64,000 nucleotides of DNA from Entomortierella parvispora E1425. Its lineage: Eukaryota; Fungi; Mortierellomycota. How positions within the stretch are numbered: the stretch's first letter is position 1; the number at the start of each line of letters is the position of its first letter. The notes under the pieces were generated by a model. That model saw nothing but the letters and a program-made list of their open reading frames with translations, did no database searches and had not been told where the DNA came from. The position numbers and the translations under genes are program-made. Below, one piece after another: positions 41,604 through 52,999 of this stretch. The DNA lies in assembly GCA_020891255.1 (NCBI GenBank), contig BQFW01000015.1:1736001-1800000 (forward strand), given 5' to 3'.

Positions 41604-44600
41604 TCAAATTGTTTGCTTGCGAAGCATATGGGCAGGGGCAGGCGCGGACTTTGATTCGTCCCCGTCCCCGTCCTCATCCTCAACTCTCAATGGTGCCGCC
41701 AGAGATGTATTCTCGTGTCTTGTCAGGGACTGGTTGTTGTCTTGCTCAAAGGCCTCTTGAAGATCCTCCATATAGGAATGGTCCCTTAGCAAAGAGTCAT
41801 CGGCGCCGTAGGGATATTGTTCTGCTTGCAGATCATCCTCTTCGTCGTGAACAAGGATCGAGTTTTGTTGGTCGTCCAAACCCTGGTCATCATCATTATC
41901 CTCATTGTTATTGCTACCGACATCATCCAACAGCAGACTTTGGTCAACCTCCAACGTTACATCGCCCTCAAAGGTGGCATTCCCCACATCGTCCTCGAGC
42001 TGGTTCTCCTTCTCTGCAATAGCTTGGTGGATCAAATCCTGGAATCTCTGGTTCAAAGAACGGTCCTTGACAATCTTTCCAACCTCTTGCAAGGTCTCAT
42101 CTGTGGTCTTTTCTCCTTCATTGAATGCCGTGACGACTAAAAAGAGTCCAGAAAAATAAAAGTGTTAATATAAGCGAGATCCATGCCTCTCCCCAATGGG
42201 ACAATGTGGTAAAAAAAACCCACCTCTAGCAAATCTGCCGAATGAAGTGACATCCATTGAGTCCCGAATCTCCTTATAGAGGGTCGTGAATGCACTCGCG
42301 TCCACTCCTCCTTGACTCTGACTCTGGTCCTGGCTTTGCTTCTGATCAGCCTGATGTTGAGCTTCTGTGGAGCGTCTTGACCTGGTAGCCAAAGAATCCT
42401 TGGCCTGCTTGGAGCTGGATTCGTAGCCAGATGTATGATACCGGGACGATGCATTGTCACCGTCATAGCCTTGCTCCTCAACTGGTGGTTGCGAGGTTCG
42501 TGTTGTCGAGTGTCCTGCAGATCTTGAAAAGGTAGATGTTGTAGACCCGCGGCTGCTAGGACCGCCGTGCCAGGTATCTCTCTGACCAAGTCCCTTGTGT
42601 ACATGGTTCTGTTCATCCAGCTGCTGCTGTTCTTGCTGTCGAATCAATTCCTGAGCCGCAGGTGACAAATTACTGGCAGCTGTCGATCCAGAGTTGGATC
42701 GTTGCGCCCGATGCCCAGAATGAAAGGCGCCTGACTGTTGTTGACCTGGTGGAGTCTGAAGACCATGATTGACGCTGGTATTTGACTGTCTTCGGTCCGA
42801 ATGTCCTGTCATTGCGGTGCCTCCAGAGCTCAGCGGTATCACACCAGAAACAGTGGCAAGATGTGACATGGAGTTTCGAACTCCAAGGCTGTACTCCTTT
42901 TGCTGATGACTATGCCTTGTAGAACGAGTAAGAAGAGAACTTCCAGAATTGACCACAGCTGATCCACTGCTAGGGCGACGAGGCGAGGTAGAGGGTGTGG
43001 AGCTTGAGGAAAAAGAGGTGGATGCGCCCAATGCTCTTGCTGAGGCTGCTGCCTGAGTTCGGGGCGAGTGAGGTGTAATGGTCGAGTTCCTTTTGATGTC
43101 AGCAGTAGTGGGGGTTTGAGGGTATATGGATCTGGTAGATGACGTGATTGTGTTGTGCTTCGTTCGCAGACTGTCGGTCGAGCTGTATTTCTGCACCTTC
43201 TTCCCATTAGGAGAGCTGTCCACTGTTGTCGAATTGCTGCCATCGCGACGATGTGCTGACGAGGATGTTCTTCCTCGACCCTAAGGATAAAGAGCAGTGC
43301 GTATTAGAATCAAAGATCTCAAGATGGCCTTTGGTTTCAATGAAGACTTACCGTCATGCTTTGATGCCTAATATCGTTGCTCATATCCTTATTCGATTTG
43401 GTCTGAAAGGACAATGTGATGAGTTTGGTTAACGGTGATTCCAGGTAACTTCAAGTAAAAGGCCATCTCCACTCTCCACGCATCCTTACCAAAGTTTCGG
43501 TTGAGGCCCTTGGGCGTGTGGATGTCGAATCTCTATTGCTGGTGAACAAGGAAGCTGAATTTTTCCTTGGAGCGTGACTGGAGTGATGGTCGCCTCCTGT
43601 ATAGCGTGCCTGATGTACCCCAAGTGGAGAAAGCGTATCTGCACCATCCGCATCGTCATCCAGCATAAATGAGCTTGTATCGACGTCTGCCGCAGGCGCT
43701 AATCCTGCCTCTGCATTCTCACCATCGGCTTCAATGGTCTCCAGGATGGATTGTTCCAGTTCCGTCAGCGTTACGCCAGAGTGCTGGTCCACCATGGACA
43801 CGATTGCCTAAACACAGGGGACGGAGTCAGGAATTTGTGTCATCGCTGATCACAGTATTACCCAAGCACGCAATCCTTACCTTTCGAAATGTTTCCAGTT
43901 GCGACATCTAAGAGGAAAAAGTCAAGACGTGGAGAAAAGTGGTGAGTGGATGCACAGACCAAATATGCACCCCTATCAGTGCAAAAAACGCGACATTTTT
44001 CATTATACCTCTCTTTGGAGTGCGGCATAGTTATCTTCGACTCTTGCTAGTTGGGCTGCCATGGCTGTCAACTGGCATCCAGAATATGGTGGTAACGTGG
44101 ACAATCAGCGTCAGTGACTTCAATATCACATTTTTTCTGAAAAACGTTCTATAGCAATGAAGTTACCTGGATGTTTTGCTCTTCAGAGATCCATTTCCAT
44201 CGGTTGACTTCATCCACCAGCACTTGGTGCCTATCCTCATAAGCTTGTTGTATAAGCTTTAGACCAGCCTTGAACTGAATGGGCAGGGGCAAGAAGATGC
44301 GCGGCTGTTAGCGAATTTTTTTGGATTCCACTCCCGTCGTGCCTCGAGAACAGTGTTCTGCTGCCCCTTTATCCTTGCCGTTGAAGATGAAGATTGCTTC
44401 AAAGGCAGGATACACAAACAAGCCTCTGCAACCACAACAACTTGTCTCATTCCAGACCCAGAAAAGCGAAAACACAAAAACATTTGAGCCCTAGTCAAAA
44501 AGTGTCAATTCCCCCCTCACCCCTCCAGGATGATTGGTTGTCTCGGCAAGTGTTTGTTGTGTTGTTATCGGGCGAGCCTGAGTCGCCAGGCCAGCTGAAG

Positions 44601-45344
44601 GTCTGTCGATTGTCAACCACGCAGGTGGGCCCAGACGACGATATGATTGCATTGAATTTAAGGTCCTTGAGAAGGAGAGGTTGCATTTTTCATTCTTGGG
44701 ATGGACGACATTTTTTCGGTAGATGAAAAGTAACGACGATAATGCGCCCATCGTTTCAATTCAAGGTTCAAATGAGAAAGGGTCCCAGCTGCCTTTCGCG
44801 TGGAAAGAGGCGTGGCACTTACACTGGCATCAGGATCCAAGGCGGAAGAGGTGCTGCCACCTCCACCGGCTGTTGCATTGGTCGTGCTGTGATTGTGACT
44901 CTGGCCTTGACTCTGGCTATGGCTGCGAGTCGGACGGGGGTGGGTCGTGCTCGTTCCTGACTTGGAGAGCGATGAGCTGTTGCTGCCATTGCTTATGCTC
45001 GTGCCATTACCGCTGCCATGGCCGTTGATTCCCATGCCGTTCAAGTTCCTGTTACTGCCCAAAGTGGTTCGTCGACTCTCGTCCCCTCCATGACCCAGAT
45101 CCTCATATCCTTCCTCAATCATATCTCGTGTCTGTTTGATACTCAGGTTGGGTTGAAGCGTCGAGTTTGGGGTCGCCCCTTTAGATGCGGCTCCATTCCT
45201 GGCGGCAATGGATCTGTTTGAAGTGGAATGAGGATTTGAAACAGAGGCCGAGGATGACAATGGGAGGGTTGATCTGATCGATGCCGTGGTGTCATTGCGC
45301 CTGGACTTGTCTGCCGAAGAACGAGAGTAGGTCAACATGGTCAT
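41604..45344 (-). CDS. Large low-complexity protein with a coiled coil and a C-terminal helical domain resembling the At4g15545/NAIP family
   Basis: Small exons give FKAGLKLIQQAYED..WKWISEEQNIQ-LTAMAAQLARVEDNYAALQRE-MSQLETFRK-AIVSMVD; C-terminal VDASAFTTLYKEIRDSMDVTSFGRFAR-VVTAFNEGEKTTDETLQEVGKIV; the 5' exon joins are uncertain. Confidence 0.55.
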
Positions 45345-45894
45345 TCCTCCCTTCACTCTCTCTCAACGAGGGACTCCCGAGATTCAGTGGAAGGGCAAAA
45401 GCAGAAGGGTGAGGAAGGGAGAGTGGGGCGTGGTACTGGAGGGGGGGAGAGAGAGAGGACAGAGAGCGCGAATAAGAGCAAGTGAGAGAGTGAGAGAGTG
45501 AGAGAGAGGAGAGAGGGGAGTGAGGGGGAATAAGGCGGTCAGGGCAAGATACACCCTGCCGCAATGAGGATGGCGAGACGAGAGATAGGCAACAGCGACG
45601 GAGGAGCGCGAGCGAGGGAGCACTAGAGAGAAAGAACGAAAGATGAAGGATGGAGGCAAAAGGCGAGGAGAGGCAAGGCGAGGAGAGAAAGCAAAGAGGA
45701 GGGAAGAGAAAGGAAAAGGGCGAATTGAGCTGTTGATGAGAGCCGCGAGGGTTGGCTGGCTGGCTGGCTGGGATTGCCTCATCCAGCATGGGCTTCTGTT
45801 GCCCTTGAGAAGAGCGCACGTGATGAGTATGGGTTGGTTGGGTGGGTGCGTCTGCAGTGCACTATCTTTATGAATGTTCTGTTTGTCTTCCTTG

Positions 45895-46350
45895 CTATGA
45901 TGATCCAGCCTTCTCTTCTCCTCCCGTTGACGATGCAGACTCGGCCAGTGCAGCAATCAGGTCAGCATCCGTATCTGAGAGCCCAGGAATGCCGGCTCCC
46001 TGCTTGATCTCGTTGACCATGCTATGCAGCTTGTTACGCATGGCCAGCTTTTCCTTGTCTGTCAAGGCTGTTAAACAGGTGGGTGATACAGTAACCGGTG
46101 AGTGTTAGTTGTCATCATTGGTTCAACGACATGGTGCCGCACCGTCATCAAAATACATACGCAGAATGGCATAGGTCCGGGCAGTCAACTGGCTGGGGCT
46201 TGATTCGGGATCAATGGGAATGCAGACCGGTTCAGGAGCATCTGTGCGGAATGCCATGGGAGGATCAAGCGAGAGCACAAAGTCGTAGGCCTCCTGGACC
46301 GAAGGGAACTCGATGACCTCGCGGGAGGTGTTGATCAGACGGACCGACAT
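45895..46350 (-). CDS. Small uncharacterised protein (~120 aa), 2 exons
   Basis: MSVRLINTSREVIEFPSVQEAYDFVLSLDPP..YAILP-LTDKEKLAMRNKLHSMVNEIKQG.. joined by a GTATGT..CTAAC..CAG intron. Confidence 0.6.
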
Positions 46351-47548
46351 TATGATTAGGATGAGGATTGAAAGACACTGCACCTCAAAAAGTTGGTCTT
46401 CACAGAACAAACATTTTGCCACCATCCTCGAACCCTCCACTTGGGCAGTCACGGATTGCGCCGCCAAATCGCGTCTCGCGCCCAAGAAGGAGAGAGACAC
46501 TGGCATGCTTGGAGCGCCGATCTCCTTTGGTTTTGAACCTCATTTTGGTATCACTTGTGTCAAGGGGGAAAAGGAGATACCATGGTGCAGAGGAAAACAT
46601 GCCTAGGGCTGGCTGGCAGGTGCAATTGACGGTGCAATTGCAGAGACAGGTCGCCGAGGAGGTATGGGCGGGAGAGCTCTCATGTCTCCCTCCCTCCAAT
46701 AAACTGTAATTTACCCTTGAGGAGTCATTTTCACCTTTGCGAAAGTGGGACGCGAATGATGGAGCAGAGAGCAGGGTCAGGGTTGGTGCAGGCACCTAGC
46801 TTGCTGCCAGTAAAATCTGTGTTGCACAGACGATGGGCAATTTATTGTATGCGTGTTCTTTGTTTTCTTTTCCACTCTTTTTCCTTTGTTTGTTGGATCC
46901 CTTTTTCTTGTCCATTCATCATTCTGCACCTTTCCTTCCTCACAGAAAAGAAATATCAAAAGAAACATCTCCAAGAACAGACAGGTAACACCATAGGCAC
47001 TCATCTTTTGGAGACAAAGAGAAAAAGACACCACACAAGAAACAAGTCTACCATTGTCAGTCTTGATCACGGATGAGGCCTGAAACAATCTCGTCCTAGC
47101 AAAAGGGAGGAAGGACATGGACTCGAGGGAGAGGGGTGTGTGTCAACGAGAGAGACAGACAGAGACAGAGGAAGAAAGGATTATGGATGCCACCCATGAA
47201 GGCAGCAGACAGGCAGACGCAGACGGATGAACGAACGCATGCATGCCCACTCGCACACGCAGCCATGCGCGGCAGTGAGACCCTTTCCCGTGAGACGGCC
47301 GGCTATTTGTTTCCGCAACTAAAGGCCGCGCGCCGTCTTTTCTGTGTCTCGCTCGTCTACACTCTTTGTCTCTTGACTTTCTTGTCCATTGTCCATTCAC
47401 CTTGGCCCCGCCTCTGATTCTTCTTTCTCCCTCTCGTATTCTCTCTCTCTCTCTCTCTCTCCATTCTTCTTTGCCTCTCCCTCTTAATACAGATTGGATC
47501 CCCCCAGGAACAGACAGCCCTGCAACCAAAAGCAACATTCAGCCGACC

Positions 47549-49682
47549 ATGGCAGACCATTCTGCGCCTTACTCCGCGTCCGCTTCCTCGGGCCCTCCAG
47601 CGAGTGCTCAGCGGACACACCACCAGCATCAACACCACGCACACTTTCAAGTCCAGCACCGCCACCCTCTCTCCCACCACCACCATCACCAGGATTACCA
47701 CGGGCCTCTCTCTGCAGGTGTAGTCGAGGGTGGTCACCGCGCCTTCCCCAGCTTCCATGGGAGTCTTCGAGACCCTTATCCATACTCACTTCATCATTCC
47801 CACTCCCAGACATTTGCTCCGTCGTCCTCGACCAACTCGAATTCTGCCTCAACCTCCACTGCGCCAGTTCCATCCACCTCGGGCTCGAGCGCAAAGACGC
47901 TCTCAGTCGCAGATATTCTCGAGCGATACCAAGACGCCAGCAAAGATTTCTTGGTCACGGTGTTGAACGCCAAGGCAAAGGAAGACGAGGTGCGCTTATA
48001 TTTTTTTTTACATTTGTTACCCTTTTTTTTTCTATCTTTCTTTCCACTGCCCTGGTCTTGCCTTGCCGCTTCATTGTGCCCGCGATCTGTTCACGCCCAT
48101 CCAAAAATAGCCCTTTTGTGGGTACATGTGTACAAGCGCACGGGTTTGATGGGATGAAGTGCCCCAAGCGAGATGGACAAAAGCCTTTTTTTACGCTGAC
48201 TAAAATGAGGCGAGGATCAAAGGAGGCAACAAAAAGGGATTCTAAAAAGGCCAGATTCTTCGCCGAAACCAACCTTTTGTCCGGGATCAAATGCAGAGTG
48301 TCGTCGTTTCAGCAAGCTCTTTGTGGATATCGGCCGTTCGCGCTGTTGATCGTATCACTGACATATGAATCCATCTCTTTTTGCTCGCCCTTTTTCAGCG
48401 CAAGGCAGAGGAAGAGCGGTATAGGACAGAGCAGGTTAAACTGCAGTCGAAGCAATTGGAACTCGAGCTTGTTGAGAAACGAAGAGGGTCACCTCCAGCA
48501 GGCAAGTCATTCTTTAACTTCTCCTGTTTCCAGATCTGTGGACTGAATTGCTAACCGTCGTTTCGGTCGTCTCATGTATGGTTCTTAGGCAGTCGACCCT
48601 ACTCAGTACAGTTCTCAGAATCCCATGGTCCTTCATCGGCGTCACCGTATTATAGAGGATCTTACAACCATAGTTACACGCCTACCTCAGAGATCCCTCG
48701 AAGCAGCAAACACACCCTTCATGAACACCATCACGAACATCATCCACACGATACACAGGACCATACTTCTTCCAGTCATGCAAAGCAGCAGCAGCAACAA
48801 CAACAACAACAGCACCAAGATCAACATTCGATGCAGCAGAGTCCACAAGGACGACCTTTCTTGAAGATCAATACCTCTTTTAGACAATACCAGCCTCAGC
48901 CACACTCCTCTCAAAGACTTCCCCCATCACCCGCCCATACAACACTACCACCCCTTCCGGCAACAAATCCCGGACCCAAGAGCTCTAATCGCCATTACGG
49001 TCTTTCAACAATGACCACGTCTGCCCAGTCCTCACCCGTGGCCGTTCTCGACTATCAATCTCATATACCACCTCCCTTCACGCCCAAGGAGGATCAACAA
49101 ACCTCGCCCACATCGGCCATGTCGCCTACCCAGGGTCAGAATCTGAAGCGCAAGTCGATCAATCATGACGCGATCATGGACGCTGTTCGGGCCAAGGTGC
49201 TGAGGAATGCTGGACAGAACCAACAGCAAAAGAAGGCGGCTGAGCAACAAGCTGCAGAGCGGGAGCATGCTAATGGAAGGCGCAAGACCCACCATGGCTC
49301 CACAGGGCACTCTCCAGAAAGGCCAAAGAAATATGCAGAAAGTTTGGCGACGGTTCCAGAGTCTGAGGCTACTCGATCGGACGATCTCCGAAAGGTCAAG
49401 ATTGAGGGCTCATTAATGGCCTCCCTACCCCTAACGGCCACCACCAGTGTCTCCCCTCCCATTTCACCCGAGTCAAGGAGCCATCAAGAGGAAAGCAACA
49501 GTCATCCTTCGTCCCGCTCTCGATCGTCCTCTCCTCCCCCTCTGTCTTCAAAGCCACAAGCTCGTCGACAGATGAGTAAGTCCCAAGGAGCCTCTTCGGC
49601 GAGTGCTGCTGCCGAGTCGGAAGCCGATTCAGGCCCTGCTTCCTCTCGTACAGATTACCATACCGAGAATGGAGGTAAATAA
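47549..49682 (+). CDS. His/Gln/Ser-rich intrinsically disordered protein with a short coiled-coil motif, 3 exons
   Basis: Spliced SVADILERYQDASKDFLVTVLNAKAKEDE-RKAEEERYRTEQVKLQSKQLELEL; poly-His and poly-Gln tracts; RKSINHDAIMDAVRAKVLRN. Confidence 0.65.
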
Positions 49683-49995
49683 AGGCGAAAGACGGACAGA
49701 CCACCTTTGACCTGGGCACGACCCTCACGGCGTATACCACAACTCTACCTTTCCACACGTTTCTTACATCTACCGTTAATCTACTTTTTTTTTATTGCAA
49801 TAGTTCTTGTAAAATAGACCCTGTCCCTCTTCCTTTTTGAGCCTTTGTTTGACTCTCCTGGACGAGCAAGTACTCGGACCATTGTTTAAAACATTCCTGT
49901 TTTTTTTGAACTGCCATTGCTGGTCAACGGCACAAATATTCCCCGTTTTCTTATTCGTAAAGCTACAATATAGTATCAACTTCTCCCATGTTTAT

Positions 49996-52695
49996 TCAGT
50001 CCGTCTCCCATGAAAACTTTTTGGCCTCGATCTTGGCTGCATGGGCTTGGGCCATAGTCGTTCGATTTGAGTACGCACGATACCATCGTTCAAAATCGGT
50101 CAGGTCCAGACGAACAGGGGCATCCTGGGCAGTGCTCCAAGACCGAGCCCTCAGAGGACCCCGAGTGTACAAGTCAATGAGATCGCCGCCCATCTCTCGC
50201 TTGGCCCGAGCAATAGGGTCCGAAAGTTCGGCCTTCAGTGTTTTCGAGTCCAAGGGTTGTGACTTGATATCATTTGGCAGAGAGGATGCAGCTTCTGCTT
50301 CTGCTTGCTGACGAATACGACGCTCCTCTTGGCTCATAAACTTGTCATCAAAACTGGTGTCTTCCTCAGCCCCCCATTTCTCGACTCGGACAATCTTTTC
50401 AAGAATCTGGATCAGGCCTCGTGGTCGGCCCATCGTGTGGACCACTTTAGCGAGCTCCTTGGGCGACAAGGTATCCTCCTTTTCACTAGGACCGCGACGC
50501 TCCATCTCTTGAACGACCGCAGTCAAAACAATAGCCGTCATCTTGGGCGTTGGTAGAAAGCCGTAGTATCCCTGGACCGCTTTCATGGCCACAGTGGCGC
50601 CAGCATAGTCTTGGATCGAGAGGAAAGCCCTCAAGATATTGCCATAGAGGGATCGACTTGGACGTACGCCTACAATCACCATATCGCGGAAGAGAGCGCG
50701 AGGGTTTAGACTCGTAGTTGAGGAGATGGCCTCCTCAAAGAGGTAGTCGATCCTTGCTGCTGGCCTTGTTGTTGCTGTTGTTTTTGCAGTTGGGTATAAT
50801 GATGGTTGAGCATTGGGGTTCGATGTTATGGCCAAAGGCCCAATTGGGCAGCTGAGTTTTCTCTGGAAGGTGCTGAATCCCAGAGCAGATCCTTCGCCTC
50901 TCAGTCCTTCTCCGCCCTCAAGGGTGGCCTTCTCGTTATGAAAGACTGCATTGAACATGCACGAGAAGGAAATGGCGTCGACCCCGACAGACCGATCATC
51001 GAACATGTTCTTGTAGAGCTGAAGACACCGTCGGCTCATCCTAGCTTGTTCGTAGGCCAAGAGCAAATAGTTGCAATTGACGAGATCAGGTTCGATGCCA
51101 TCGATGACCATCTGCCGAAAGAGAGTCTCGGTCTCTCGAGGCATTCTCAGTTGGGTGTAGGACTGCATCAGGAGGATGTAAGAATGTCGATCTGGGGGAA
51201 CACCGCTCTGTCGCATATGATAAATCCAGTCCAGCGCCTTGTCCATTTCGTTCTTTTTAACGAAGCAATGCAGGATTTCGTTGTACTCCTGTGTGGTCGG
51301 CGGAAATCCATGCTGACGCATCAATTGATGAACCAACATTGCCCCCTCAGCATCTCCTTTCTTTGAAAAGTCGATCAAGATTGAATCAAGGACGCGCTTG
51401 TCAAACACAGATTCGTTTGTGGACTCGGAAATCCGCTTGCTAATTGTGTTCAAGAACTGGTCGCGTTCGTCCGTGTAGGTGATCTCTGCCACAGCCAGAC
51501 TCAGCATCAGGTTTAACGACTCGCCATCGGGTTCGATCCCAAAGTGCTTCATGGAGTCGTATACCATCTGAGCAAAGTCACTCGCTCCTACTTTAACGCA
51601 GGCGCGCAAGATTCCATTCAAGGTCCCAACCTCCTCCACAGATCGACCCGCCACCATTTCCCTCCAAAGCTCCAAGGCGTCTTCTTTCCTACTCTTGAGT
51701 ACGGTATCTTGGATCAGGTATGCCAGCGTGTATTCACTGGGGGTTAAACCTGATTTGGCGTAATATCTTGTCTTCTCTAGCGCATGATCGAGGCGCCCAA
51801 GACCAATCCATGCCCTTACTGCGTGATTGAGAAGGATGGGGTCTATACTCAAGTTGTTTGAAGTATAACCATTAAACACATCGATCGCATCCTGGTATCG
51901 ACTTAATCTGTTTAGAGCCGCCATCATGTCGCTGCAGTCCCACCGCGAAGGTATTCCATCGTTATTAAAGAGTTGCTTATCCTGGAGTATGGTAATAATC
52001 CTGTTCGCCCAGACGGACTCCTGGGACTGACTGTCGCTCCATCGCAGAGATCGGTCCTGTGATGATGGGGTCCATGAGGACAACGCTCCTTTGAAGTGAA
52101 TGACCAGCATCTGCAAGACATCGTGCGAGAGTAACAAAAGGTCATCCTTGACCTTGCGCGTCTCCTCGTAAGCCTTCCACATCGACTCTGGGTCCTCATC
52201 GTTCTGCAGCGTAATATGGAGCTTCATAAAGTTGGCGAGTCGTTGATGGCCCAAGGGTCCGTCAAAGACACGAGAGAATTCAGTGGGTGAGAGGTGGGTG
52301 AGGTTCTTGAGCAAGGTGTCGATCCCAGAGTTGGCAGTGTCTTTGAGCGAAAAGTCCTTTGGCTTTAATAGCCTGTTCTTCATATAAGTCCTGTACTTTC
52401 TTGGTTTGGTCACCAGAGTCATGGGGTTGGAGGGATCGGTGAAATGGGGTATCGTGGTGGGTTTCTTTGCAGGACGGTGACTTTTGCCAGGGGCAGGCTG
52501 AGTTGTTGTTGGGGTTGCTGTAGGGGCAGTCGACGACCGTGTTGGTGCTGCGGTGAAAAGGGTTCGCGTTGCGGGCTGCCTGACAGGGACGGCGAAGGCT
52601 CTAGAGAGGAGCGGGATCAGGCAGCGACAAGGCATGGCAGCAGAAGTGGACGCAGATCTACGCATAGCCTGATGCATGATTTGGCCACTGCTCAT
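49996..52695 (-). CDS. Intronless mitochondrial pentatricopeptide-repeat (PPR) protein (~899 aa)
   Basis: Arg-rich presequence; ~35-aa repeats such as YNEILHCFVKKNEMDKALDWIYHMRQSGVPPD, YILLMQSYTQLRMPRETETLFRQMVIDGIEPD, CNYLLLAYEQARMSRRCLQLYKNM. Confidence 0.92.
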   Translation of the reverse strand: MSSGQIMHQAMRRSASTSAAMPCRCLIPLLSRAFAVPVRQPATRTLFTAAPTRSSTAPTATPTTTQPAPGKSHRPAKKPTTIPHFTDPSNPMTLVTKPRKYRTYMKNRLLKPKDFSLKDTANSGIDTLLKNLTHLSPTEFSRVFDGPLGHQRLANFMKLHITLQNDEDPESMWKAYEETRKVKDDLLLLSHDVLQMLVIHFKGALSSWTPSSQDRSLRWSDSQSQESVWANRIITILQDKQLFNNDGIPSRWDCSDMMAALNRLSRYQDAIDVFNGYTSNNLSIDPILLNHAVRAWIGLGRLDHALEKTRYYAKSGLTPSEYTLAYLIQDTVLKSRKEDALELWREMVAGRSVEEVGTLNGILRACVKVGASDFAQMVYDSMKHFGIEPDGESLNLMLSLAVAEITYTDERDQFLNTISKRISESTNESVFDKRVLDSILIDFSKKGDAEGAMLVHQLMRQHGFPPTTQEYNEILHCFVKKNEMDKALDWIYHMRQSGVPPDRHSYILLMQSYTQLRMPRETETLFRQMVIDGIEPDLVNCNYLLLAYEQARMSRRCLQLYKNMFDDRSVGVDAISFSCMFNAVFHNEKATLEGGEGLRGEGSALGFSTFQRKLSCPIGPLAITSNPNAQPSLYPTAKTTATTRPAARIDYLFEEAISSTTSLNPRALFRDMVIVGVRPSRSLYGNILRAFLSIQDYAGATVAMKAVQGYYGFLPTPKMTAIVLTAVVQEMERRGPSEKEDTLSPKELAKVVHTMGRPRGLIQILEKIVRVEKWGAEEDTSFDDKFMSQEERRIRQQAEAEAASSLPNDIKSQPLDSKTLKAELSDPIARAKREMGGDLIDLYTRGPLRARSWSTAQDAPVRLDLTDFERWYRAYSNRTTMAQAHAAKIEAKKFSWETD

Positions 52696-52999
52696 GAGAT
52701 TGAAATGGAGAATGTGCACGTCAAGCGATGTGAAGGGAAGAGAGTGCAAGAGGTGAGAGGTGAGAAGGGAAAAGTGCGCCAAAAAGGAAAGAAAGTGCCC
52801 ACGACAGTGACAGTGCGGTAAACAAGACCAGCAGTCACGCAACGGCTTCGCCGTGAATGCATTGAAGCGAGTGTACCTTGCTGCATGATCTCTTTCCTGA
52901 TCAGATTCACTGCCGCCTGATCACCCGCCACTGCTCGACATCTCTCCGCTCTTGTATTCTTTCATTCTCTTTCATCCTTGAACACACGAGCAACGGTTC

